DNA from: Ophelia neglecta
Lineage: Eukaryota
Length of the DNA stretch: 64,000 bases
Assembly (NCBI GenBank): GCA_965285935.1
Contig: OZ260663.1
Coordinates: 22,196,001-22,260,000, forward strand
Direction: 5' to 3'
Both the position numbers and the translations under genes were made by a program. Below the pieces are notes generated by a model. That model saw only the letters and a program-made list of their open reading frames with translations, was not told where the DNA came from and made no database searches. Of the stretch, positions 32,932 through 44,700 are shown one piece after another; within the stretch, counting starts at the first letter, position 1, and every line of letters begins with the position of its first letter.

Positions 32932-35900
32932 TCAGGCCCTAAAAGCAGGGAATGCAGCCTTCATGACAGAGTCTATGTCCAGTTTAAATGTGGACCAAGC
33001 CACTGAGTTGAACGTGCCATTGTTGCCCTGTTGGGTTTTCTTGCTTTCTTTCTGCCGCACACTTCTGTCCCCAAACTCCAAGGCTCTCCGAGAGTTTCCT
33101 GAGGTGGATCCATCTCGCTTCTAAAAAGTAAAGTTCATAATTATAACGAATAACTATTGTTACAATGAAAAATACAAAAAATAATCATTGCTTACTTTGG
33201 GCTATCCACAACATGACATATATCATTAGCCCTTTTACAATGAATCACAATGCAAGTTTATTTTATAAGATTCAAATATGACATTTATATATTAATAAAC
33301 TGAATTCATCATAAATAGGGTGGACCTTAAACCGTTTCAGTGCCATCAGATATGCTCAATAGCCACAGGTCATGTCATTTCATATCATTTCCCATATTTC
33401 TAGTCTTTAGGTAGTATTAAAACCTATGCCCTTTAAAAAACTAGTGGTTTGACCTGGAACATTTCTTCAGATTTGTTTCCATCTTTCTTTTGCAAAGGCT
33501 AACATGAAGTTATTCTGATAAACGTCTGCTCGCTGGGGTATAACAATGCGTAAATTTCAATTTGTGCAATTGCAAATTTGCCGACGGTAGACGCCTTTTC
33601 ACTATATATTGCACAAAATATTGCAACAAATTACAGTTGAATATACGGGGATAAATTAAACCAAGGATAAGCATTCATATGGAATGCAAACAGGTATTGA
33701 AGGAACCGTGTATACACTCAAACGGAGGCAATATTTTATTTTAATGTTAAATGTGTTATTAAGTACGTACAAAAAATGCTTCTACAAATGACACTTGGCC
33801 AACATCAAAATGAAGACAGACCAAAAATATACTAATATCTACAAAAGTAATATGTACAAAATATACTAATATCATATTAAAAAATGCCCTTATATGTAGT
33901 TCAATATAAGTTGACTTACTAATATCTGCACTTGTTTCTTTCCAGTAGTTTTAGGGGAGGACGTCTGCTGCTGTCGGTTCTTCTGGAATCTGCCAGGAGG
34001 CGACACAGACCTTGTTCGATGCTCTTTGTTGCCCTTATTGGTTTTTGGCTCCTTGAGTTTCATGTACTCCTGATAGTCATTTTGAATCTGTTGACTGAAA
34101 AACTGCTGCTGCTTCTGTCTCTGGAGAGGGACAAGGAGAAAGGGAGGAAAATATGTGGACCATTAACAATGACCTAGTTATAAGAACAGAACATTTTAGC
34201 ATAAAAATCTATAAATATCCTAATGTGATACTGAGAGCATTTTCCACATTGAGGTTGGGTGAAGTGTTAAAGAGGGGCAATTTTTTTTATGAAAAGGGAT
34301 AAGGGCTATTCCATTGTAGTGTCCTGAGGGGGTAGGCTGAAAAGGGACTTTAATGTGTATGGAGGTGTGCATAATGATAAATTCTGTAGTAAGATGAACT
34401 GGGGTTCATGAAACTTAACATTTCTTGAACCTTGCACCTTTAATAAGTCCTGACCCCCCTCTACATTTTTAAATGGAATAGCCCTAAGCATTGCCATATT
34501 TTGTACTGAAAAATGAATTCCCATAAGTAATACAGATGTTGACTTAAATAGACCTAATAGAGGATAATAATAGATATTAAAGTGGTTTTATATGTCATGA
34601 CGCCATGACGACATTGAAATGTGTCAAGTGTAGACATTGAAAATAATCTCCTTAGGTTAAGAAAAAAATGACATTCTCTGTAAACACCTGCAAAAGAATT
34701 TTCTGGGGAGAAAGAAAGAAAATTTAAATTTTACTCTTTCTTCCTTCTCCCTAGAAATCATCCTCCAAATTAGCTCATACCTGTTTGTCTGTCAGTTGTC
34801 GTAGATCCGAGGCACTGTCTCGGCCACCTTTTGGAGTGCGAGCTTTGATATAACTGCCACTGGAATTCAGATCGCTGTCGGCCATGTCGGTGTAACCCTG
34901 TCTTTTTCGAATCCACCGCCTTAATGGTCTGAACGCAAAAATGATATACATGTAAAATGATACAGTTTATCTGGAAATTTCACTAGCAAGCAACGATCAC
35001 AAATTTCACAATAATCACAAAGCTGGCAACATTCCCTGCCATATTCATACGCTGCCCTACTTTCCAGAGGATGTCATTATTTAGCATTTCTTAGCAAGGA
35101 AATTTCATGATGAGAATATGTTTTGAAATACAATTCATGAAAGTTTCCTGCTCTCAAACAAGCAAATAAGCTGAATACTACTCTAGTAGGCAGCACAGCC
35201 ATTACCAAGAACAACTTTGCAGTACCTGGTGACATTAAGCGTGATGTTCATTGTAGAATCTACTTGTATACTGGATAAATATATAAAAAAGAAAATTCTC
35301 TTATTCCTAAACTTTACAATTCTAAGGTTAAACCTTATACCACTACAACTGTTCACTACTACCACTATGCAGCTATAGATTACACAGAAGCTATTATAAA
35401 TATTATTCTTTCCATCTGAAAATATCTAATAATACAGATAAACTAAGTAAAAAAAATCAAGTAATTCTAATCAATGTAAAATGGAGGAATTAGAACATCA
35501 AAACTGCATGCTAAAAACATAGTTGAATTGGCCTTGGATAAATGATAAGGTGATCTTACTTAACAAATGGAATGACCATGAAGAAAGCATTGGGGTTGAG
35601 ACCTAGGTTCTCTTTACACTGCATGTCCTTCTTGTGGGCTGGCAGTGTTTCCACTTTGAACCACTCCCATCTCTGTTTGAAAAATAGATAAGATTTGAAA
35701 AGTGGTAGAGCACTAAATGTACATAGAGAGAACAATTTAACATGCATTGTGTAGATGTCAATATCAGGGCCTGACATAACCCACTGCCCGGGGCAGGCAG
35801 TATTGGCTGTCGGGCATGTTGATATTTCAGTTTACCTGCCCGACGGGGCAAGTGACCTCATCCCTGATTTTTTTTATTAGTTGCTTTAAAATATAGTGCC

Positions 35901-38900
35901 TGTGTAAGAGGGAGCCTGTTGTTTAGGTCCCCATGACACTTGACCTATTTCCGGTGAATCCCTGTGTCATAGTTTCCTGCGTAAAACTTTGCTTGTTTTT
36001 CCAAATATAATACTGTATTTTGAAATGATAGAAAAAACTATGGGCAAGTAGAATTTTCTTGGGGCAGGTAGAAATTTTGGTCACCTGCCCTACTGGGGCA
36101 GGCAAAAAATAAAAATAATGTCAGGCCCTGAATATACAGGTAATTGGTGTTTAAAAATGTTAAGAATATTCTACTTTGTATTGTGAACACTCAACCTACA
36201 ATCAAGAAGTAAATATGATTCCATAGATTCATTAGCACCAAACAGGGAAGCATGAATTGGTATTAATTTTTTCGCTTAAAATAGACAGCACCCACCTTGA
36301 TTTCTTTTCTTGTTCTGGGAGCAAATACGGTGTCCATGGAGACGCCCGGGATGATATACAACCGGCTCAGCTGCTCATTCATTTTAAACTCAATATACTC
36401 ATCTTTATCTATAAGCTCAATGGCATCAAAACCAGTCTCCTCTAGAACCTAAGGTGAACATTAGCAAATTATTAGGTCAGGATTTTATTTAGTTTAATAC
36501 GCAACATTTGATCTTTAATAATTAAACAATCTAAATAACTTTTATAGATATTGATATAATATTTTCTCGATGATCCCTCTTGTAACAGTCAGCAAAATTT
36601 GATCTCCTGTTCTGAGGATTTTTATGATAAATGTCACTGTCTTTTTTGTCAATCTCCATCAGTACAGAGAATGTAGCACTGATACAAAGGCACAACAAGA
36701 AGAAATACTTCATTGATGGCTATGACACATACCTTGAGAGTTCGTGTTGCGAGTAGCCAAAGGGGTGCCCTCTTCTATTTATTATGGACATTGCACTTTA
36801 TTTTGATTAAACAATGCCAAGTACAACAAAAGCTGCCAAAAAATTTCAAATTACCAGCAAATAACTTGATGATCTATCCAGCTGCCTATCCATGTAAATT
36901 TACACTGGTTTCAGGCATTATCTCACTGAATAATGCATGTGGTTGTGGTGGCGGAAAGATTAACCGACACCTTAGACATCGAAAGTGGTCATGGACAGGC
37001 AAGCATGGCAACAAGCATCGATCTCTGTCATTATAGTCATGCATTAAAAGTCGGTTGTCTAATTCACATACTATAGGCAATGATACAAGTGGGATACATG
37101 ACAGACACTATATTTCTTGGCACACAAGCTTGATCCTTATGGGAGTATTGGGATTTGCCCCAAGCAATGCACTTTCACCTAGAATGCTAGGATCCATACC
37201 CATTTAAAGTTGCCAACTCATTGAAACTCATCATGCGGTCGGCCAACTATAGTTTGTGAATTTTCACTCTATTCCAAGCACTTACAATTAACAAGTTTTG
37301 AACCTTGATGATAGATATCAATCACAATAAATATCATATCATGTAAAATTAAACAATATTATATCTCTAGTTTGTAGCTACATATCCGGACCATCAGATA
37401 ATTAGTATGACTTGCCTCACGCATGGCACAGTCATGAGGGAGCTCCTCCTCATTGACCTTGCCCTTGGGAAAACCCCAGCTGGCTCTGGACCAGTAGCCT
37501 TGTACTAACAAGCACTGAAAAGATACATAGGTGTACAGCAAGCTCTTCATAAATAAATTGATTGATTGAATACCAGGCGATGCAAATCACTATAAAAAGG
37601 CAAAAACCAAGAGTCATAACAGTATAAAATTCAACAACAGTCGCAGTCCTAGAGTAATAGTTAGCATCGAGTGTTTAGATAGAAGTATAATAACTTATTT
37701 TTATCAGAGCTTTAAATTGATGAATGTTAAACCACTCTGAAAACAGAATTCATATGGAAATCTTGATGTATCAGTATTTTTCATAAATTTATATATCGCA
37801 TTTAGACTTTACTAAGGGAACTTTCACTGAAGTTAAAGACTATTGTTTCTGTATAAGGCTGAATATCCCCTACCTGTGTCAGGGTTGGGTCAAGTAGTAT
37901 AGCGCCGTAGGTGGGGACGGCCATCTTATACTCTCTCCAGGACTCCAGGATGGAGTCCACATTGTCTGCATGTTCTTGTAAGGTCGGGCAGTGTCGGAAC
38001 AGTGAACAAGTCAAGGACACACAGAGCATAACACAGAATAATAATTAAATGATAATAAAATTAATGCCAGCAATGTCCACCTGTTTAGATCACAACATCA
38101 CATTACAAGCTACCTACAGAGAATTTGTTTCAATTGTGTAGGTATATTTGAATGAAACTGTTAAATATCAAATACGAGGAAATTCCTCATTTTAACAGGG
38201 TAGTAACCATGAAATTGTTTTACAGATTTAAACTTATTTCATTCTCATTATGCATTGTTACCATCATAAATAGAAAATAGTAAATTTAGTAATGTGTATA
38301 TGTATACCAGGGTGTTCCTGTCCAAATTTAGTTCATTGGGAAATAATTTTAAAAGGAAGTCGACCACTCGTTTTGGCATTACTGAATACCACTTGTCCGT
38401 AGCTTCATTGCAGGCAGCGTTGTTTGATAGTTATAGATTATGGAGTTCTATGCTTTGAACTGTTAGACTTATAGAGCTGTGGACATATGAGTTCAACTTT
38501 GAGCTATCTGATAAGGTCGTTTATAATTATCGCAATTGTGACTGCTCCATCTGGCAGATAGTCTGCTATCTTTATGGAAATATTGCCCTAAATCAAGAAT
38601 TTGCCATGGCTAAATGCCACATTAATCATATATTTAACACTATTTAATATATGTAAGCATAAAGGCAAGGACATTTTGAAACACACTACATACAGGCCAG
38701 CACATCTTTTCATGTTGGCTGACCTTGGTACCATCAACGCCGCCATCGGACAACCATCAGCCCTTCCAAGCACCAGTATGATTATTTTATTGTTACTACA
38801 TACATATAAATGATCGGGTTTTTTGCCTAAAGGATATCTTGTGTTGAGAATTCCTTGATGCCATGAGCTTTCAGAGCAGGCGTCTCTTGACAATAGAAGT

Positions 38901-40092
38901 CCAAATAGAACCAATGAGCCAACTCGATTTGGAAAAACAAACGGATCAAGTCTTGTCGCTCCTCTTCTGGTATGTTTATGATGAAACGACTGAAACGAAG
39001 AAAAAAACATTACAAGTTTTATCACTTGACCTCTGATGAAAAGACCAATCCATAGTACATCAATTTCAGGTAGCCGTGATTTCAGATTTTGAGTTGAGTA
39101 AGACACCGAAAAAAATAGTGGTGAATATTTCTGCAAAACTGTTTTCAATACACCCTACAACGGTTTCATTGAGAATACCTTCACTGAAACGCCTAGCACC
39201 TTTAAATATGGGTTGTACTAAACAACGAAACCGGGCGAAACCGGGCGAAACCGAGCGAAACCGAGCATAAATATATAGAAGTGGGTGCCGAGGAGGGATT
39301 ATTTGGTTGTTTTAAAGCTACAGATATACTTCAAATTAAATATCTGTCATTTTATCATTGTTTTTTTGCTTAATTATACGATTGTTGTCTCCCGTCGATC
39401 GTATTGTCATGTCAGCCATTGGTGTATCCACGGGGCATGCGACCGAAAACCAACCCAAAGCAAGTTATATTTGGGGCATATAACAAGTCGTTTGTATTAC
39501 GCACTAATATAAATTTGCCTCCTTATCATTTTGGATTCTTATTTTGTTGATTTTATCCATATTTTGGACATTTTCGTAACATCTACCATCGAGATACGAG
39601 TGCTGCCCCCTACTGTGACTAAACTGTGGCATCCGAATTAGTTCAGGCATGCGCAACTCTATACAGTTGATTACTTCCTCCTTGCGATCGACGGGATCGG
39701 GAGACAACAATCGTATAATTTAGCAAAAAAACAATGATAAAATGACAGATATTTAATTTGAAGTATATCTGTAGCTTTAAAACAACCAAATAACCCCTCC
39801 TCGGCACCCACTTCTATGTATTTATGTTCGGTTTCGCTCGGTTTCGCTCGGTTTCGCTCGGTTTCGCTCGGTTTCGCTCGGTTTCGCCCGGTTTCGCCCG
39901 GTTTCGTTGTTTAGGACATGCGTTAAATATAGGCCTTAAACATATATGTGAGCGATAATATGGTGAGGCAATTGATTTATGTTCGGCCAAGTAAGTTATC
40001 AATAATAATTACCTGCATAAGTCATCTAGAATATGAGCAGGAATTTGGTGGATGATACTCTGTGTGTTTTGAGGGGTAGTCGGCACTTCCAT
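32932..40092 (-). CDS. DCP2: mRNA-decapping enzyme 2 (Box A + Nudix domain), 9 coding exons, 420 aa
   Basis: Exons 40092-40013 ([11 protein letters not shown]), 38989-38838 ([10 protein letters not shown]...[14 protein letters not shown]), 38001-37874 ([14 protein letters not shown]), 37514-37416 ([21 protein letters not shown]), 36448-36296 (VLEETGFD...PRTRKEIK), 35672-35560 ([12 protein letters not shown]...FFMVIPFVK), 34928-34781, 34120-33920, 33120-32932 ([17 protein letters not shown]...stop). Total 1263 nt, in frame. Confidence 0.97.
34303..34484. mobile_element. PIF/Harbinger-type MITE in a DCP2 intron
   Basis: TIRs gggctattccatt / aatggaatagccc with TAA on both sides. Confidence 0.75.
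35765..36130. mobile_element. hAT-like MITE in a DCP2 intron
   Basis: TIRs cagggcctgaca / tgtcaggccctg with subterminal tgccc/gggca repeats; the TSD is not clean. Confidence 0.6.
38002..38837 (-). other. U12-type (minor spliceosome) AT-AC intron of DCP2
   Basis: 5' splice site G|ATATCCTTT at 38837, branch site TCCTTGAC at 38017-38010, terminal AC at 38003-38002. Joining restores ...STQ-V-FRHCP. Confidence 0.93.
39210..39922. mobile_element. Foldback/MULE-like non-autonomous element with about 190-bp TIRs containing 10-bp tandem repeats
   Basis: The left arm taaacaacg(aaaccg[g/a]gcg)n...gtgggtgccgaggaggg...attgttgtctccc is mirrored at about 39699-39913. An 8-bp direct flank ttaaatat lies at 39202-39209 and 39923-39930. 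Confidence 0.85.
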
Positions 40093-41797
40093 GTTCAATT
40101 TTTCGAGTTCATCTAGCAGACTTCATTTCATGGACGTCCCTGAAGAAAACAACTACCGTAATGCTCACAAAATACGTGCAATTCGGCCATCCATAAGCTG
40201 TCGTCGGGAAAGGGGTATATATTCTCGTACGCCGTAGGCGTTCTTGAGGATTTTCATTATCTGTTTTCTTAAACTGCGTTTTTTCCCGGTAATGTGTTCT
40301 TTGTGTTATTATTTTTCTTACCGTATGGGTAGGGGAAGGTGGGGCAAGACCATCACCTAAAGGAACGTAATCAAATTTCGTTATCATAACTGACTCAAAT
40401 CATAATATTTCGGATTTTCTTGGTATTAAATTTTGTGCTATAATTGTGCGGCGAAAGATGGGGGCCAGAAGCACACCTGGGAAAATTTGTTGCACATATC
40501 AGAAAATAAATAAATAGGCCTATATATACCAATGCCCGTAAACAATTAAGGTGCAGGTCTCCAGTCCCTTTGCCGCGGTAAAAGCATTACTTATCTGGAT
40601 GATACCCATATACTTTAGAGCAATCGTGACACCGCAACATGCTTTGATGAATTCTCCTGCAGCAAACCGCGACTTATCCAAGTGGAAAAGACGAGATTTA
40701 TATGCAGTAGGTGTTTGAGGTAGGTGATCGCGCTGCAGTCAGGCCGTGTGCCTGAATTGTGTATAAATGCAAATACAATGTTAGCGAGTTTTAATATATC
40801 GTAACTGTAGGCCTACTAAATATCTCAAAGTTCTCTAATTAAAAGCTGCGTGAACATATTTACCATAACATTAAAAGGGCTTTTGATGCCTCTTTAACAC
40901 CAATTGGAAAAATTAACATAACCATAGATATGTATAATCCATATTCTCTAGGCCTATATCTATGACATAACCAAGCCAGTGATGAAAATTATGATAAAAA
41001 TTGTACTAGCTAACTGACTGGCTCATAGGCGCTGGATATTATAAGCTCGGATCTAAAGTTATTAGCCGTGTTATAGGCTATTAGCCCAGCAAGTGTAGCC
41101 GTTTTGGTTAGACCCCCCTCTTTTCAGGAGGGAATGTTCCTAGATAAGGGTCTGTTTTCACCAAAATGACCTCAGCTAAGGGTCCCTTTTTCTGTCTGGA
41201 ATGTCGACCTAGCTATTTTGACACTTTTCCCATTTTCAGGCAACGGAGAGTTACCCACAGGTTGTTTTTATGCAGTGATGAATATGGTTTTGTGTTTTTC
41301 GAGCATGGCGGCAATAGGGACTGTAGGGTGTCCTTCAAATGGGTACCGTAATAAATCTTGAGTTTTTTTAAGTTTTAAGAGAAACAAAAAGAAGCGAGCG
41401 AAAAAGGGTCAAAATCGGGAGAAAACGACTTGAGACCGTGTGCCGGAAAAAATTCAAAAACCGGGAAAGACTTACGGCGAAACCAGGTGACTTGAGAGGC
41501 ATGGACCTGTATGCATTCAGGCTCCCGGGGTCTTGCTTCACATCAATTCTAAGCCTTAATTTAACCGCGAAATTTTCCCGGCAAATCGTGATTTCCTGTC
41601 ACGATCACCGTACTTGGGGCTGTAATTGCGTGTATTACGGTAAATTTGACAGCCTCGCGAGAAGAGGTTTGTGGGCGTTAATATGGCGACTGACGAATAA
41701 ATCCTCTTCTGACTTGCAGGAATATGGACGAGTTTTGTGGATAAAATGAATTTGTGATTCACTGTTGACAGTTATTGTGCAAACATAAGATACCAGT
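40093..41797. promoter_or_regulatory. Divergent (head-to-head) promoter region shared by DCP2 and myosin V
   Basis: The start codons at 40092 (-) and 41798 (+) are about 1.7 kb apart, and the interval is visibly richer in CpG than the flanking gene bodies. TSS positions are not determinable. Confidence 0.55.
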
Positions 41798-44700
41798 ATG
41801 TCCTTTAAGGAGTTATATACTAAGGTAAGGCCAGAAAGGATTTAATTATTTAATTTATTACAACCAGTTCCTGGCTGAACCAGTCTGGTCACATATCCAC
41901 TTCGATCAGCTGAGCAGAAGAGCTGTCACTTTCTTAAAATAAACACAGCCATAAAATGAAAATAATGTGTAACCGGTCATATACCATTTGATTTAATGTA
42001 TTTATGTATAGACAATGCCTTTACTTCACATACAAGATGAACTTGACATTTGCCCTGGATGAAATTGACAGACTATTTTTTAGAATGACATTTTCTACAC
42101 ATTTTGATACATTATTCCTGTAACACCACTGGTAACACATTACCTGTGTGTTGTTATACTGTAACACAAGGGGTATCACATACCTGGGTAGGTTTAGAAT
42201 CTTAATTGTTCTGAGTCAATTGCAAAAAAAATGAGATAAACAATATTTCAGTAGAACAGATATTGATAACATCATTTAAGTGATCAATATAAAAATCATG
42301 TTTTTTCACTTTTTGGGGGGTGGCAGCGTGGGAGGGGGGGGGGGGGGGTAGGCATATTAAGGAGTATTGAATATTCAAATCATAGCTACTTTAAAGAATT
42401 AATTTGTATTGTATCAATTTTTGCTATGAAATCTTCAAACATGTAGGCCTCTAGCCATAAACATAGGACCTAACAAAATAAGGATTGTGACTGTGTTCAT
42501 GGGTACTTACTAGAATTATGGGTCTGTTGGTAGGCTTATTTTCATTTTTGAATTTTGTACCAAGTTCCTTGAATAAAATAAATCAATGTTTTAATTTTAA
42601 TTTGCTGCGTCTACCTGAAGCAAAACATTTTTTATTTGGCCTAAGTTACAAGAGAATTATTTTCTACCAGCCTAATTATGTTAATATGCATCTATAATAG
42701 TTGATAACTATGTACACAATGCAGGGTTTGATCAGTTTTTCTACCACCAGTGAAGTGATATACCTGAGCTATTTTAAATCACATCAAATGCTAGTAAGCT
42801 CATCACCATTGCACATAATGTCTATCAACATTTTTAACCAGAATGTCTATCAGAATGAATGACCATTTCTTTGTATTGCCTGAACATCTTTTCTTTTCTA
42901 GATTATTTATATTTCCTTACTGGTATGGTACTGTAAATCACCCATTACTATACACATGTATAGATATTAGTGACTAATATTTTGTAGCTAGCATAGCTTT
43001 CCGTACAGTGAGAAGTGCAAAACATTACTGGTGTTCATTATAAATAACTTAAAAGAATGCATGCTAATGCAATGCAATATCCCACATTTAGCAGTCTGAT
43101 TTTCAACAATTGAGCTTTGTTCATATTTACATATTCATTATATTTTGCATGAATAACAACTATTTAGTATAGTAATGGAATATGAAATTTAATACCTGGG
43201 TAGGCATGTAATGTGTGATGCATACAATGGTCTATAATACTGCAGGGCTAAGGATTAGGGTGTTGTTATGCATTGTAAGTGTCCTTGCAAGTAGTGCTGG
43301 TCCCTGTTATGTACTAGCCATGTAAACATGTACCTGTATCAAACAATAGTCATTATGAGTTTTGACTGCATGCCAGTCATCCACAATAGCATTGCTCACC
43401 GCAAGGAAAGTCTTTGATTAGTACAGAATTAAGGCCTTGGCTGGATAATCCTATACATTCATGTGGCCTTTATGGTTAAAACTGTATGCTATGTGTATAC
43501 TGTCTAGCTCCCACAATAAGGCCAAAAAAAAAAAATGTTTCCCGTCGCCCGACCCTACCTAGCAAAAGGTGCCCGGTCCTAAAATTTTTATGAGCATCTT
43601 AAAAAAAATTAACAATTCTCGCCAAAGTCAAAGAAACATCGTCCCTCGCCGTCGGCTAGAAATTTAATTCCCGCGACTTACTCCATTTGTCTCTAGTAGC
43701 GGCACGCGGTTGTCTCCAGAATAGAATCAAATCTAGCAGAAATGGTTATTTGATCATTACAAAAAAAAATTCCAAAAAAAAAACTTTTTCCTACCTTCCT
43801 ACCCTATTTTTTTTGTCCATGTAATAGGAAACATATTTTTTTTTTTTTTGGCCTAAGCTAGAGAGTTAGTTATGTCTGTGTTCTATTGACAAGGCAATCC
43901 AGGAGCTCATACAAAAGCTTAAAAGGAGAATTTCTTTATTTTTTATTTGCAATGTACATTGGAAAACATGAACTGTTGACATAGTGTTTTTTATTGAATG
44001 AAAGAGCATAGTATCCCCACCCTAATTAAGAAGCCCCCCCCCTCCCCCCTCCAACCCTGAAGCTAACTGATCTATGTGCATCTCCTAACCTTGCCGTGAT
44101 CATTTCCAGTAAAAGTTATTTGATCTAAGAGGACTAACCCTCATTGAATATTCATCCCCTAGTAGTGTCTTATTACCATTATAGAATTACACATGTTTAT
44201 GTATTCATGATGGTCACATGCCATGAGGCAGTTCCAGAACAAGTCGTGTCTCAAGGCCTGTCCAGTTGGGGGTGGGGGTGGGATATACCCATATAGTGAG
44301 ATAAACCACTTTAGATAGAGCAGACCCAATGTGCCCTCCCATGTCCCTTGCAAATGATCCACCACACTGTGACTTTATATGTATAGGCACAGTGTCCCAG
44401 CTCCTGGTGGTCACTGGTGCACACTGTGGCTGATCTGACATATTTAGATGTTAATGGTGTTTCAGTGAATTTCAATGTACTTAAACTAGGGAACTAGGCA
44501 ATGACTCCATTACGACCAGTGCTGCTATAATATATTATATCTTTAATACATCATGTTAAGCACCATGCTATATCACAGGTACCTTCATGTAAACTACATG
44601 GGCAGCTAACCTGGTTTACCACAATTGACTTAATCAGCTTTTTGTGTGCATGTATGTGAATAATAAAATGATTTTCAGCGGCCACCATGACATATTATAA

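Noticed and set aside
35226-35270. 45-nt in-frame AG...GT segment in DCP2 intron 6
   Set aside because: Weak splice signals, and the flanking exons already join to give the conserved IPFVKPLRRW sequence.
39225-39910. Arrays of short repeats resembling a CRISPR or iteron array, and ORFs with RNRAKP repeats
   Set aside because: The repeats are contiguous 10-mers without spacers inside the TIRs of a eukaryotic transposon; there are no cas genes.
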